64,000 nt of DNA from Clostridiales bacterium (GTDB taxonomy: Bacteria; Bacillota; Clostridia; Christensenellales; Aristaeellaceae): positions 856 to 64,855 of the forward strand of contig JAILBG010000132.1 in the NCBI GenBank assembly GCA_024681215.1, given 5' to 3'. Positions 53,802 to 64,000 of this stretch are shown piece after piece (the stretch's first letter is position 1; every line of letters begins with the position of its first letter). The notes below the pieces were generated by a model, which worked only from the letters and a program-made list of their open reading frames with translations, was not told the origin of the DNA and searched no databases. A program made the position numbers and the translations under genes.

Positions 53802-54692
53802 ATGGCCGACAGCCGTCCCCTGCCCGGAGATTCCATCGTCCTCAACCGCCGGTATCTGGATCATCTGCTGGTGGAGGGCCGCATCGTGGGCGCGGCGCAC
53901 CCCACCGCGGAAACGCGCCTGCTGGGCTGCGCCTTTTCCACCCCCATCGTCACCGCGGCATTGAGCCATCTGAAGCGCGGCATGGCCGCCTTCGCCCTGG
54001 GCGCAAAGCAGGCCGGGGCCGCCTGCTTCATCGGCATGGGCAGCTGCGAAGAGATGGAATCCGCCCTGTCCACCGGCGCGAAGATCGTCAAGATCATCAA
54101 GCCCTACGCCGACCCGGATCTGATCTTTGAACGGCTGGCGTGCGCGAAGGCTCACGGGGCCGTCGCCGTGGGCATGGACGTGGAACATGCCGTGAACGTG
54201 ACCGACGACCGGGATTCCCTGGTGGCGGGCTATCCGATGAAGCTGCCCAGCCTGGAAGAGCTGAAAACGTATATCGGCGCCGCGGGGCTGCCCTTTCTCA
54301 TCAAGGGCGCGCTGAGCGTCCGCGACGCCCTGACCTGCCGGGACCTGGGCTGCGCCGGCGTGATCCTCAGCCACCATAACGGCCTGATGCGCTGGGCCGT
54401 GCCCCCCGTCATGCTGCTGCCGGAGATCCGCCGGGCCGTGGGGCGGGATTTCCTGCTGGTGGCCGACGGCGGCATCCGGGACGGCTTCGACGCCTTCAAG
54501 GCCCTGGCCCTGGGGGCGGACGCCGTATCCGTGGGCAGGGCGCTGATGGCGCCCCTGGACGAAGGCGGCCCCGAAAAAATGGCGGACGTCCTCCGCGCCA
54601 TGACGGACGAAATCAAGGCCATGCTGGTGCGCACCGGCTCCCCGGACCCGGCCCATATCGACCCCGCGGTGATTCATCCCAGCGACTGGTAA
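53802..54692 (+). CDS. Divergent FMN-dependent alpha-hydroxy-acid dehydrogenase-like TIM-barrel protein
   Basis: ..VADGGIRDGFDAFKALALGADAVSVGR.. matches the FMN-dehydrogenase C-terminal motif. The canonical SNHGGRQ is replaced by SHHNGLM. 296 aa, shorter than classical members. Confidence 0.65.
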   Translation: MADSRPLPGDSIVLNRRYLDHLLVEGRIVGAAHPTAETRLLGCAFSTPIVTAALSHLKRGMAAFALGAKQAGAACFIGMGSCEEMESALSTGAKIVKIIKPYADPDLIFERLACAKAHGAVAVGMDVEHAVNVTDDRDSLVAGYPMKLPSLEELKTYIGAAGLPFLIKGALSVRDALTCRDLGCAGVILSHHNGLMRWAVPPVMLLPEIRRAVGRDFLLVADGGIRDGFDAFKALALGADAVSVGRALMAPLDEGGPEKMADVLRAMTDEIKAMLVRTGSPDPAHIDPAVIHPSDW

Positions 54693-54711
54693 CGCGAAAG
54701 GAGCATCATTT

Positions 54712-55686
54712 ATGGAAAAGATCCGTTGGGGCGTCCTGGGCACGGCGGACATCGCCCGGCAGCAGACCATCCCCGGCATGCGGGAGGCGGAGAACTGCGC
54801 GCTGTACGCCATCGCGGGCCGCAGCATCGAAAAAGCCCGGCAGTACCAGGCGGAATTCGGCTTTGAAAAGGCGTACGGCAGCTATGACGCGCTGCTGTCC
54901 GATCCCGCGGTGCAGGCGGTGTACGTGCCCCTGCCCAACGACCTGCACCGGGAATGGGCGATCCGGGCGCTGGAGGCAAAAAAGCACGTGCTGTGCGAAA
55001 AGCCCCTGGCCCTGACGGAAGCCCAGGCGCGGGACATGTTCCGCGCCGCGGAGGAAAACGGCGTGCACCTTATGGAGGCATACGCTTACCTGCACAATCC
55101 CTTCGTCCGGGCGGTGAAGGCGGAAGTGGACGCCGGCGCCATCGGAAACGTGCTGTACCTGGAATCCGCCTTCGTGGGCGGCCCGCCCCGGGAGGGCAAT
55201 TACCGCGCCCGGCGGGACGCCGGCGGCGGCGCGCAGTACGATCTGGGCTGCTACCCCCTGAGCATGGCGCTGTGGATGCTGGACGGGGAGCCGCTCCGGG
55301 TCAGCGCGTCCGCCCTGTTCGACGACGGCGGCATTGATCTGGCCACCAACGCGCTTTTGTCCTTTGCGGGCGGGGCCGTGGCGAATCTCAGCTGCGGCAT
55401 GCTGCTCCGCGCCGATCGCCTGGACCGCTTCCGCCTCTGCGGCGACCGGGGCGAAATCTTCTCCGCCTTCCAGTTCAATCAGCCGGGCGAGATCGCCTAT
55501 ACCCTGGTGCGGGACGGCAGGGCGGAAGAAAAGCGCGTCACCGCGCCCCAGAATTACCGCCTGGAGGTGGAGCAGCTGGGCCGCTGCATCCTGGAAGGCG
55601 AAGCCCCCGCCGTCTCCCCCGCGTTTTCATTGCGGGTGGCCCGGGTGCAGGACCGCATCCTGGACGCCATTGGCTTCTGGAAATGA
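54712..55686 (+). CDS. Gfo/Idh/MocA family oxidoreductase
   Basis: N-terminal Rossmann IRWGVLGTADIARQ and the EKP motif (VLCEKPLAL). 324 aa. Confidence 0.85.
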   Translation: MEKIRWGVLGTADIARQQTIPGMREAENCALYAIAGRSIEKARQYQAEFGFEKAYGSYDALLSDPAVQAVYVPLPNDLHREWAIRALEAKKHVLCEKPLALTEAQARDMFRAAEENGVHLMEAYAYLHNPFVRAVKAEVDAGAIGNVLYLESAFVGGPPREGNYRARRDAGGGAQYDLGCYPLSMALWMLDGEPLRVSASALFDDGGIDLATNALLSFAGGAVANLSCGMLLRADRLDRFRLCGDRGEIFSAFQFNQPGEIAYTLVRDGRAEEKRVTAPQNYRLEVEQLGRCILEGEAPAVSPAFSLRVARVQDRILDAIGFWK

Positions 55687-55695
55687 CCCTCCCTT

Positions 55696-55738
55696 GAAAA
55701 AAACCGGGGCCGTCTGACAGTCAGACGGCCCCGGTTTT
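55696..55738. terminator. Bidirectional rho-independent terminator
   Basis: AAAAAAAA-CCGGGGCCGTCTGA-CAG-TCAGACGGCCCCGG-TTTT, between convergent genes (54712..55686 + and 55749..56897 -). Confidence 0.8.
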
Positions 55739-55748
55739 GATTTTGTTT

Positions 55749-56897
55749 TTACTTGGCGGGCGATATCGGCTCGCCTTTGGGCTTAATGAATTTCAGCCAC
55801 TCCGGCAGATGGATCTTCCCCTTGCCGCGGACGGATAGGATCACGCTCTGCACCATGATGAACAGGCCCAGCATGGCGCCGCTGGCAATATTCTGCCAGA
55901 AGGATTCGTTCACGTCGCTCAGGCCGATGATCTTGGTGATGGTCGCCAGGATCATGACCCCGAAGAACGTGCCGAATACATTGCCCACGCCGCCGGTGAG
56001 CAGCGTGCCGCCGATGATGGAAGCGGCGATGGCGTCCATTTCGCCCCGGGCCGCCACGGTGGTTTTGGCTGAAGGCGCGTGCATGAGGAAAATGAAGCCG
56101 GCCAGGCCGCTGAGCAGGCCGCTGATCACGTAGCTGACGAAGCGGGTACGCTTCACGTTGATGCCCAGCATCATGGCGCTTTGCTGGTTGCCGCCGATGG
56201 CGTAGATGTTTCTGCCCAGTTTGGCATAGCGCAGCAGCAGGAACACCAGCACCAGCACCAGCAGGGCCACCAGCGTGCCGATCTCAAGATCCGTGGAAAC
56301 GACGGTCTGCGTGACCCTGCCCAGCTTGACCTTTTCCGTTACTTCCGTGAACCAGGGAATATTGATCCTGGCGTCCCACATGGCCGTGACCGCCCCCGTG
56401 GCGTTCACATCCACCGGTTTGCCGCCGGGGCTGACGATGGTGGTAAGCCCGCGGGCCAGGATCATGCCGGCCAGGGTCACGATGAAGGGCTGGATCTCCA
56501 GATGGCTGATCAGAAAGCCCTGGAACGCGCCGAAGGCCAGGCCGATCCCCAGGGCGATCCCCAGGGAGATCAGGATGTTGAGGAACGGGCTGGCGACGGC
56601 GCTTTTCTGCAGGTAAAGCGCGTCCACCATGCAGGTCAGGCTCACCACGCCGGCCACGCTGATGTTGATGCCGCCGCCGATCATGACCACCGTCAGGGAA
56701 CAGGCGATGAAGATCAGCATGGAGTTTTCATTCAGCAGGTCGAAGAACATCTTGGGGTTGCGAAACCCTTTGGCGTTGAAAATCACCGCCGCGGCGTACA
56801 TCGCAATGAAGATCCCGATGCTGACCAGCATCAGCAGCATGGTATTGGATAAGGGCTCTTTCTTTCCCGTCAGGGTTTTCGCTTTCTGCGCCGTCAT
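55749..56897 (-). CDS. CUT2 sugar ABC transporter permease (YjfF-like)
   Basis: BPD_transp_2-type polytopic protein (..GGINISVAGVVSL.., ..GRNIYAIGGNQQSAMMLGINV..). Confidence 0.85.
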   Translation of the reverse strand: MTAQKAKTLTGKKEPLSNTMLLMLVSIGIFIAMYAAAVIFNAKGFRNPKMFFDLLNENSMLIFIACSLTVVMIGGGINISVAGVVSLTCMVDALYLQKSAVASPFLNILISLGIALGIGLAFGAFQGFLISHLEIQPFIVTLAGMILARGLTTIVSPGGKPVDVNATGAVTAMWDARINIPWFTEVTEKVKLGRVTQTVVSTDLEIGTLVALLVLVLVFLLLRYAKLGRNIYAIGGNQQSAMMLGINVKRTRFVSYVISGLLSGLAGFIFLMHAPSAKTTVAARGEMDAIAASIIGGTLLTGGVGNVFGTFFGVMILATITKIIGLSDVNESFWQNIASGAMLGLFIMVQSVILSVRGKGKIHLPEWLKFIKPKGEPISPAK

Positions 56898-56898
56898 G

Positions 56899-57968
56899 TC
56901 AGCCCACCCCCTTCAGGGACGCCGCATCGGCAGAGGCGCTGCGTCTGTTCTTCATGGCGGTGAACCAGCTCTTGATCACCGGGGAGCCGGCGGTGACGAT
57001 AATGATGATGGCGATGGCTTTGTAGGCCCTGATATGCTCCGATCCGACCCCCATGTTCTGCAGCGTGGTGGTCAGCATCTGGATGATATACGCCCCCAGG
57101 ACGCTGCCGCTCAGACGGAATTTGCCGCCGCCCAGGCTGTTGCCGCCGATGGCCACCGCCAGTATGGCGTCCATTTCGATGTCGGCCAGCAGGGTTTTGG
57201 GCGTCAGCGTGCCCATGCGCGCCACGCCGATCACCGCCGCCACCGCCACGCAGATCCCCAGGATCACGAAGCTGAGCAGCTTGATCAGCGTGGGCTGGAT
57301 GCCGTTGAGCCGCGCGGCGCCCTGGTTGACGCCCACGGCCTGGGTATAAAGCCGGATGTTGGTCAGCCGGAAGAACAGGAACAGCAGCAGCCCCACCAGC
57401 ACCACCAGCAGGAACGGCGTGGACACCGGCACGCCGGGGATCCGGATGCCGATGGCCTTGATCACGGGGCTGGCCAGCTCTTCGGTGGCGGAGCCGTTGA
57501 TCATGTAGCCGATGTCGCGGCCGCAGGAATACAGCACCAGCGTGGCGATCATGGGCTGGATCTTGAATACGGCCACCAGCGTGCCGTTGAACAGCTTGAA
57601 CAGGATCGTGCCCAGGCAGCACACCAGCAGCGCGCCGATCACGGTGAGCACCGAGATGGGCCCCATCCGGACCAGGGTCTGCACGAAGATCGCGCCGGCG
57701 ATGGCGCCCACCGTGCCCACGGAAATATCCTGGCCGCCGCAGGACGCCGTCACCAGCGTCATGCCCATGGCGATGATGGCCAGCTCGCTGGCGCTGTCGA
57801 TAATGCTGATCAGATTGCCGTCCAGCCGGGGGTTGCCCTCGCTCCACTCGATGGTGACCCGGAAAAATTCGGGATCACGGATCAGATTGAACAGGACCAG
57901 CACGGCCAGGGCCACCAGCGGGATCAGCAGATCCATCAGCCAGGCAAGGCCGTTTTTCTTCGTCCGCA

Positions 57969-57969
<1 letters not shown>
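56899..57969 (-). CDS. CUT2 sugar ABC transporter permease (YtfT-like)
   Basis: ..GGQDISVGTVGAI.., ..IRLYTQAVGVNQGAARLNGI.. The ATG overlaps the ATPase stop (ATGA). Confidence 0.85.
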
Positions 57970-59474
<1,505 letters not shown>

Positions 59475-59531
59475 CTGGGGCTGCTCCTTCCATGCAGGCG
59501 GCCTGATATGCCGTCCCTTTGCTTGAAAGAA

Positions 59532-59575
59532 GGCGCGGTATGAACGCGCGCATTACCGTCCGTTCATACCGCGCC
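59532..59575 (-). other. Intra-operon stem-loop after the binding-protein gene
   Basis: 15-bp stem GGCGCGGTATGAACG / CGTTCATACCGCGCC, between the SBP stop (59594) and the ATPase start (59474). Confidence 0.6.
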
Positions 59576-59593
59576 CAATGGTCGTTCCGTGAA

Positions 59594-60568
59594 TTACAGG
59601 CCGTAAGCGTCGATGTCAGCCTGGGTGATGGTGGCAGTCTCGAAGAAGGTTTCGTCGTTGATGTACTGGTTCAGTTCGTTCAGGCCTTCGATTTCGCCGC
59701 CCTCGGCCAGGGTCTTGATCATGGCGTCGATCTTTTCAGCCTGGAAGGGAGAGCACTGACCATCGTAATTCCATTCGCCGGCCAGAACCTTTTCCAGCGC
59801 CCACTTGTTGCAGTCAAAGCCCATGATGATGACGTCGCCGTCCTTGCCGTGGGTGATGCCCTTAGCGTCCAGAGCAGCCACAACACCGTCGGCCATGCCG
59901 TCGTTCTCAGCATACACGATGTTGAATTCGATGCCGGCGTCCAGAGCGGCTTCGGCGATCTTGCGGGCTTCGTTGGGATCCCAGGTGTCGCCGCCGGTGC
60001 CTTCGCGGACGATGGTCCAGTTGGCTTCGGCTTCGCACTTTTCAGTCAGAGGATCGCTGCGGCCGATCTGCGCGGCGCTGCCCAGCTGGCCCTGAATGTG
60101 CAGGATCTTGTATTCTTCCAGGCCCAGGCTCTCCAGCCAGCCCACAGCGGTTTCGCCCTCTTTGCGCATGTCGGACACGACGGCAGCCGTATACAGGCTG
60201 GGATCGCAGTCGATCATACGGTCAAACAGGAACACCAGGATGCCGGCGTTCTTGGCTTCTTCCAGCACGCGGTCCCAGCCGGTGGTCTCAGCGGCGGAGA
60301 TCAGGATGCAGTCCACATCGGCGGTGATGAAGCCGCGGACGGCGTCCAGCTGCTTGTCGGCGGTGGGGGCGGTGACGAAAGTGGCGTCATAGCCGTTTTC
60401 CTTGGTGAAGGTTTCGGTCAGGTTCCTGACGTTGGCTTCACGATAGCCGGATTCGGCGGGGTCCAGGTTGATGATGCCGACCTTGATCAGGTCTTCCTCA
60501 GCCATGGAAACGGCGGCGAAGGACAGCACCAGCACCAGCGCCAGCAGCACAGCAATGATTTTCTTCAT
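59594..60568 (-). CDS. Sugar ABC transporter substrate-binding protein (YtfQ / ribose-galactofuranose-type PBP)
   Basis: Signal peptide MKKIIAVLLALVLVLSFAAVSMA. Type I PBP sequence. RBS GGGAGGGAAAA. Confidence 0.85.
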   Translation of the reverse strand: MKKIIAVLLALVLVLSFAAVSMAEEDLIKVGIINLDPAESGYREANVRNLTETFTKENGYDATFVTAPTADKQLDAVRGFITADVDCILISAAETTGWDRVLEEAKNAGILVFLFDRMIDCDPSLYTAAVVSDMRKEGETAVGWLESLGLEEYKILHIQGQLGSAAQIGRSDPLTEKCEAEANWTIVREGTGGDTWDPNEARKIAEAALDAGIEFNIVYAENDGMADGVVAALDAKGITHGKDGDVIIMGFDCNKWALEKVLAGEWNYDGQCSPFQAEKIDAMIKTLAEGGEIEGLNELNQYINDETFFETATITQADIDAYGL

Positions 60569-60827
60569 GGTTTTCCCTCCCGATTTTTTAGGCCCTTTTC
60601 CGAGCCTTTGATACTGTCAGTGTATATGTCTGCGGCAAAGAAAACATTCACAATCTTTGGAAATTCACCAGTAAGTTTTTTCGGCGATTTTTTCTTTCCT
60701 GCGGCGGATTTACAATTTCTTTTGAAAAATGATACTTTCTTTGGAAAATCCCCGCAACGCCTACACAGACATAAGAAAATATGCTATATTCTCCCTGTCT
60801 GTTATCCGGTCCCGGGAGGAAAAAAGC

Positions 60828-62288
60828 ATGCCAGAGAAAAAACCGCCCGCCCAGAGCGTCAGGCAGCAGATCCGACGGCTGCTGGTGCTGGTATCCCTCA
60901 CCATGGCGGGGATCATCACGGTGATGTCCGTGATGCTCATCGCCATCAACCGCCAGTACGCGGGGGTCCTGTCCTGCGCCAACACCGCCGCGGATTTCAA
61001 CCAGGAATTCAAAAGCACCCTGGACCTTGAAATGTACAATCACGTGATCCGCCCCCGCAGCGAGCATTCCGCGGAGGAGCTGCCCATGGCGGAGCTGGAC
61101 GCCGCCGAGCAGGTGCTCACCCGGCTGCTGGCGGAAACCTCCCTGCCGGACAACCGCTGGCGGGTGCAGAGCATGCTGGATATGTGCCGCAACCTGCGCA
61201 TGTACATGACCGAGATCGCCAACACCGAATCCTACGATCTGCGGATGGAGCTGCTGGAACGCAACATCCGGGGCGAAACCGGGCTCACCGCGCTGATCGA
61301 AAAATACATGCACGATTTCCTGGGCGACGAGGTGCGGGAGCTGGGCCGCCTCCGGGGCGTGATCAACCAGCAGACCACGGTGCTCATCGTCCTTTCCGTG
61401 GCGGCCATGGGCGCCCTGTTCCTGGCCATGCTGCTCTACGGCATGCGGGTCAGCCGCCGCATTTCCGGGCCCATGGACGCCCTGTCCCGGAAGGCCGAGC
61501 GCTTCGGCGCCGATCAGTTTTCCAGCGCCCCGGTGGAAACCGACATCACCGAGCTGCGCACCCTGGATGAGAACTTCGATAAAATGGCGGACCGCATCAA
61601 AAGCCTGATGGAAAAGCAGCGGCAGGACCAGCAGTCCCTCCACCGGGCGGAGCTGGAGCTTCTGCAGGCCCAAATCAACCCCCATTTCCTCTATAATACC
61701 CTGGACTCCATCGTTATCCTGGCCGAATCCCAGCGGGAGGAGGACGTGGTGAACATGGTCACCAGCCTGTCCACCTTCTTCCGCAATTCCCTGAACCGGG
61801 GGGAGGACGTGATCTCCCTCCGGGCGGAGCTGAAGCAGGCCCAGTCCTACCTGGAGATCCAGCAGATCCGTTACAGCGATATCCTCACCTACGGCATCGC
61901 AGTTCCCGAAGAGATACAGGACTGCCAGGTGCCCAAACTGATATTGCAGCCGCTGATCGAAAACGCGCTGTACCACGGCATCAAGAACCGCCGGGGCCGG
62001 GGTGCCATCGAAATCACCGGCCGGGAGGATCAGGGCGATCTGCTCCTGCAGGTGCGGGACAACGGGGCGGGCATGAACCCGGAGCAGCTCGCCCTGCTCC
62101 GGTCCGGCGTCTATGAAGAACACCACAGCGGCCTGGGCCTCAAAAACGTGCACCAGCGCATCCGGCTCTACTGCGGCGAGCCCTACGGGCTGTCCTTTGA
62201 AAGCGAGCCGGGGAAGGGCACCACCGTCACGGTGCGCCTGCCCCGCGCCGGCGTGGCCGCCATCCGGAAGGAGGAAATGCACCGATGA
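60828..62288 (+). CDS. Sensor histidine kinase, LytS/YesM type
   Basis: Two TM segments flank an extracytoplasmic region. HAMP region, His_kinase motif LQAQINPHFLYNTL, HATPase ..DNGAGM..GLGLKNV.. ATG at 60828 after GGGAGGAAAAAA. Confidence 0.85.
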   Translation: MPEKKPPAQSVRQQIRRLLVLVSLTMAGIITVMSVMLIAINRQYAGVLSCANTAADFNQEFKSTLDLEMYNHVIRPRSEHSAEELPMAELDAAEQVLTRLLAETSLPDNRWRVQSMLDMCRNLRMYMTEIANTESYDLRMELLERNIRGETGLTALIEKYMHDFLGDEVRELGRLRGVINQQTTVLIVLSVAAMGALFLAMLLYGMRVSRRISGPMDALSRKAERFGADQFSSAPVETDITELRTLDENFDKMADRIKSLMEKQRQDQQSLHRAELELLQAQINPHFLYNTLDSIVILAESQREEDVVNMVTSLSTFFRNSLNRGEDVISLRAELKQAQSYLEIQQIRYSDILTYGIAVPEEIQDCQVPKLILQPLIENALYHGIKNRRGRGAIEITGREDQGDLLLQVRDNGAGMNPEQLALLRSGVYEEHHSGLGLKNVHQRIRLYCGEPYGLSFESEPGKGTTVTVRLPRAGVAAIRKEEMHR

Positions 62289-63268
62289 AAAAAACGCGCG
62301 CGCTTTTGCTGCTGGTAGTGCTCTGCCTGCCGCTTCTGCTTGCCGGCTGCGAGGATGTGGCCGTTCCCGCCTCTCCCGCTGAGAAGAAGGATCTGATCGT
62401 GGTGGGCTTTTCCCAGGTGGGCGCGGAAAGCGACTGGCGCAAGGCGAACACCCTGAGCATGCAGACCGCCCTGTCCCCTGAAAACGGCTACCGCCTGATC
62501 CTGGACGACGCCCAGCAGAAGCGGGAGCGCCAGATCACCGCCATCCGCAATTTCATCAATCAGGGCGTGGACTATATCGTGCTCGCCCCCACCACCGAGC
62601 GGGGATGGGACACCGTGCTCACCGAGGCCAAGGCCGCGGGCATCCCCGTGATCATCGTGGACCGGATGATCGAAATCACCGATACCAGCCTGTTCACCTG
62701 CTGGATCGGCAGCGATTTCCGCAAGGAGGGCGGCACCGCCGTTTCCTGGCTGGAAAGCCGCTTCGGGCAGCAGCCGCTGAACATCGTGCACCTGCAGGGC
62801 AACATCGGCTCCTCCGCCCAGATCGGGCGCACCGAGGGGCTGGACGCGGGCCTGGCCGCCCATGAGAACTGGCACCTCATGTTCCGCGCCTCCGGGGATT
62901 TCACCCAGGCGAAGGGCCAGGAGCTGATGGAAGGCGTCCTGGCGGACGGCACGGATTTCAACGTGATCTATTCCGAAAACGATAACATGGCCTACGGCGC
63001 CATCGACGCACTGAAAAAAGCGGGCCTGACGCCCGGACGGGACGTGACCCTCATCGCATTCGATTCCAGCAGCACCGCGCTGCACATGATCCTCTCCGGA
63101 GAAATCAGCCTGGACGTGGAATGCAATCCCCTTCACGGCCCCCGGGTGCAGTCCATCATCGAGCAGCTGGAAAAGGGCGAAACGCCGCCCAAATTCACCT
63201 ATGTGGAAGAAACCTATTTTGACGAAAGCAACCTGACGGAAGAGATCATTTCTTCCCGGGGCTACTGA
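62285..63268 (+). CDS. Lipoprotein-type sugar-binding protein, probable sensor partner of the kinase
   Basis: Lipobox LLLAGC. Clear paralogue of the 59594..60568 SBP (shared blocks ..RKEGGTAVSWLES.., ..HLQGNIGSSAQIGR.., ..NVIYSENDNMA..). The ATG overlaps the kinase stop (ATGA). Confidence 0.8.
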   Translation: MKKTRALLLLVVLCLPLLLAGCEDVAVPASPAEKKDLIVVGFSQVGAESDWRKANTLSMQTALSPENGYRLILDDAQQKRERQITAIRNFINQGVDYIVLAPTTERGWDTVLTEAKAAGIPVIIVDRMIEITDTSLFTCWIGSDFRKEGGTAVSWLESRFGQQPLNIVHLQGNIGSSAQIGRTEGLDAGLAAHENWHLMFRASGDFTQAKGQELMEGVLADGTDFNVIYSENDNMAYGAIDALKKAGLTPGRDVTLIAFDSSSTALHMILSGEISLDVECNPLHGPRVQSIIEQLEKGETPPKFTYVEETYFDESNLTEEIISSRGY

Positions 63269-64000
63269 TCCGCCGTCCGCTGGCGGTAATCCTTGGGGGT
63301 CATGCCCACCGTCTTGCGGAACACATGGCTGAAATAATTGGGCTCGTTATAGCCGATCTCCATGGCGATATCGGTGAGGCGCATATTGGTTTCCCGCAGC
63401 AGCTTCTTCGCCCGCTCCATGCGCAGATTGGTCAGATAGCTGATGAAGGGCCGCCCGGCGGTCTGGGAAAAAACGGTGCTGAAATGGGCGGCGCTCATGC
63501 CCACGTGGCGGGCGGTGCTGATCAGGGAAATATTGGGATCGCAGAAATTCTCCGCCACGTATTTTTCGGCCCGGCTGACGACGTGGCCGTATTTCATTTC
63601 CGCCGGGGATTCCTGCCGGGCGGTGAGGGCGGATTTCAGCAGCCTTTCCGCCGTGGCCCGGAAGGTGTTAAGATCGCCGGAAGCGGAAAAAATATCGTAT
63701 TCCCCGCTGAGCCGGGCCGCGATGTCCTTTTCCTCCGCCCCGGGGGTGTGCCGCGCGATGATCTGCACCGCCATTTTCATCAGGTCGATCAGCGCGTAAT
63801 AGCGCATCAGCATGCTGTCGAACTGCTTTCCTTCCGGGGAGGAAAGCGCCGCGTCCAGCAGGGCGGGCACGTCCTGGGCCCCGGCGCGCAGCAGCTGCTC
63901 CTGGAACGCCTCTCCGAAGGGCCCGCTGAACTGCACGATGTCGGCGGTGATCTGCGCGGTGTCGCTTACGTTGATCACCTGCCCCGCCGAAATGCCGCTG
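63262..64000 (-). CDS. YesN/AraC-type response regulator (C-terminal part; the 5' end lies beyond the window)
   Basis: C-terminal AraC HTH (..ISLISTARHVGMSAAHFSTVF.., ..IGYNEPNYFSHVFRKTVGMTPKDYR). The frame stays open to nt 64000. Confidence 0.8.
   Translation of the reverse strand, partial: SGISAGQVINVSDTAQITADIVQFSGPFGEAFQEQLLRAGAQDVPALLDAALSSPEGKQFDSMLMRYYALIDLMKMAVQIIARHTPGAEEKDIAARLSGEYDIFSASGDLNTFRATAERLLKSALTARQESPAEMKYGHVVSRAEKYVAENFCDPNISLISTARHVGMSAAHFSTVFSQTAGRPFISYLTNLRMERAKKLLRETNMRLTDIAMEIGYNEPNYFSHVFRKTVGMTPKDYRQRTADQ

Noticed and set aside
60569-60827. Attempt to call promoters and a cre site in the divergent region between the YtfQ-like SBP gene and the kinase gene.
   Set aside because: Only weak hexamers are present (for example TTGCCG-17-AGTATC on the minus strand, TGCTATATT on the plus strand). 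That is consistent with activator dependence, but it is too weak to annotate.

Overview
GC-rich chromosomal segment with Gram-positive (Clostridia-like) gene organisation; the taxonomy is inferred from synteny, GGAGG-type ribosome-binding sites (RBS) and PTS/YesMN-type systems. I support about 55 protein-coding genes. I recognised no rRNA, tRNA, CRISPR array, transposase, integrase or phage gene. Left to right the window holds: (1) a housekeeping block (topA, 5' partial; trmFO, hslV, hslU, cmk, an acyltransferase, a GNAT). (2) A phosphoribosyltransferase, lgt, a phosphodiester glycosidase, a metallophosphoesterase and argH. (3) A GT4 glycosyltransferase, a 1510-aa secreted multidomain protein, a cytoplasmic TIM-barrel hydrolase-like protein and an M29 aminopeptidase. 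(4) A ChvE-like sugar ABC operon with two permeases. (5) A run of uncharacterised envelope proteins plus two alpha/beta hydrolases and acyP. (6) ptsI, ptsH, a 751-aa EIIBCA, and a glycerate kinase/HAD/amylosucrase-like GH13/fructokinase locus. (7) A nucleoside-hydrolase-like gene coupled to a sugar-binding-domain GGDEF protein. (8) An AEC transporter, ogt and feoAB with a small Cys-rich partner gene missing from the ORF track. (9) A GH27 alpha-galactosidase, a TIM-barrel/FMN/Gfo-Idh-MocA trio, and a YtfQ-like ABC transporter controlled by a histidine kinase + sensor-binding-protein + YesN-type three-component system. Many long ORFs in the track are antisense artefacts of high GC content. No clear defence, mobile or biosynthetic system is visible. 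The best novelty candidates are a promoter-proximal module shared by two sugar-uptake operons, a large insertion in the PTS EIIC domain, an uncharacterised envelope cassette, a possible oxidative sugar pathway, and two hairpin-dense convergent intergenic regions.
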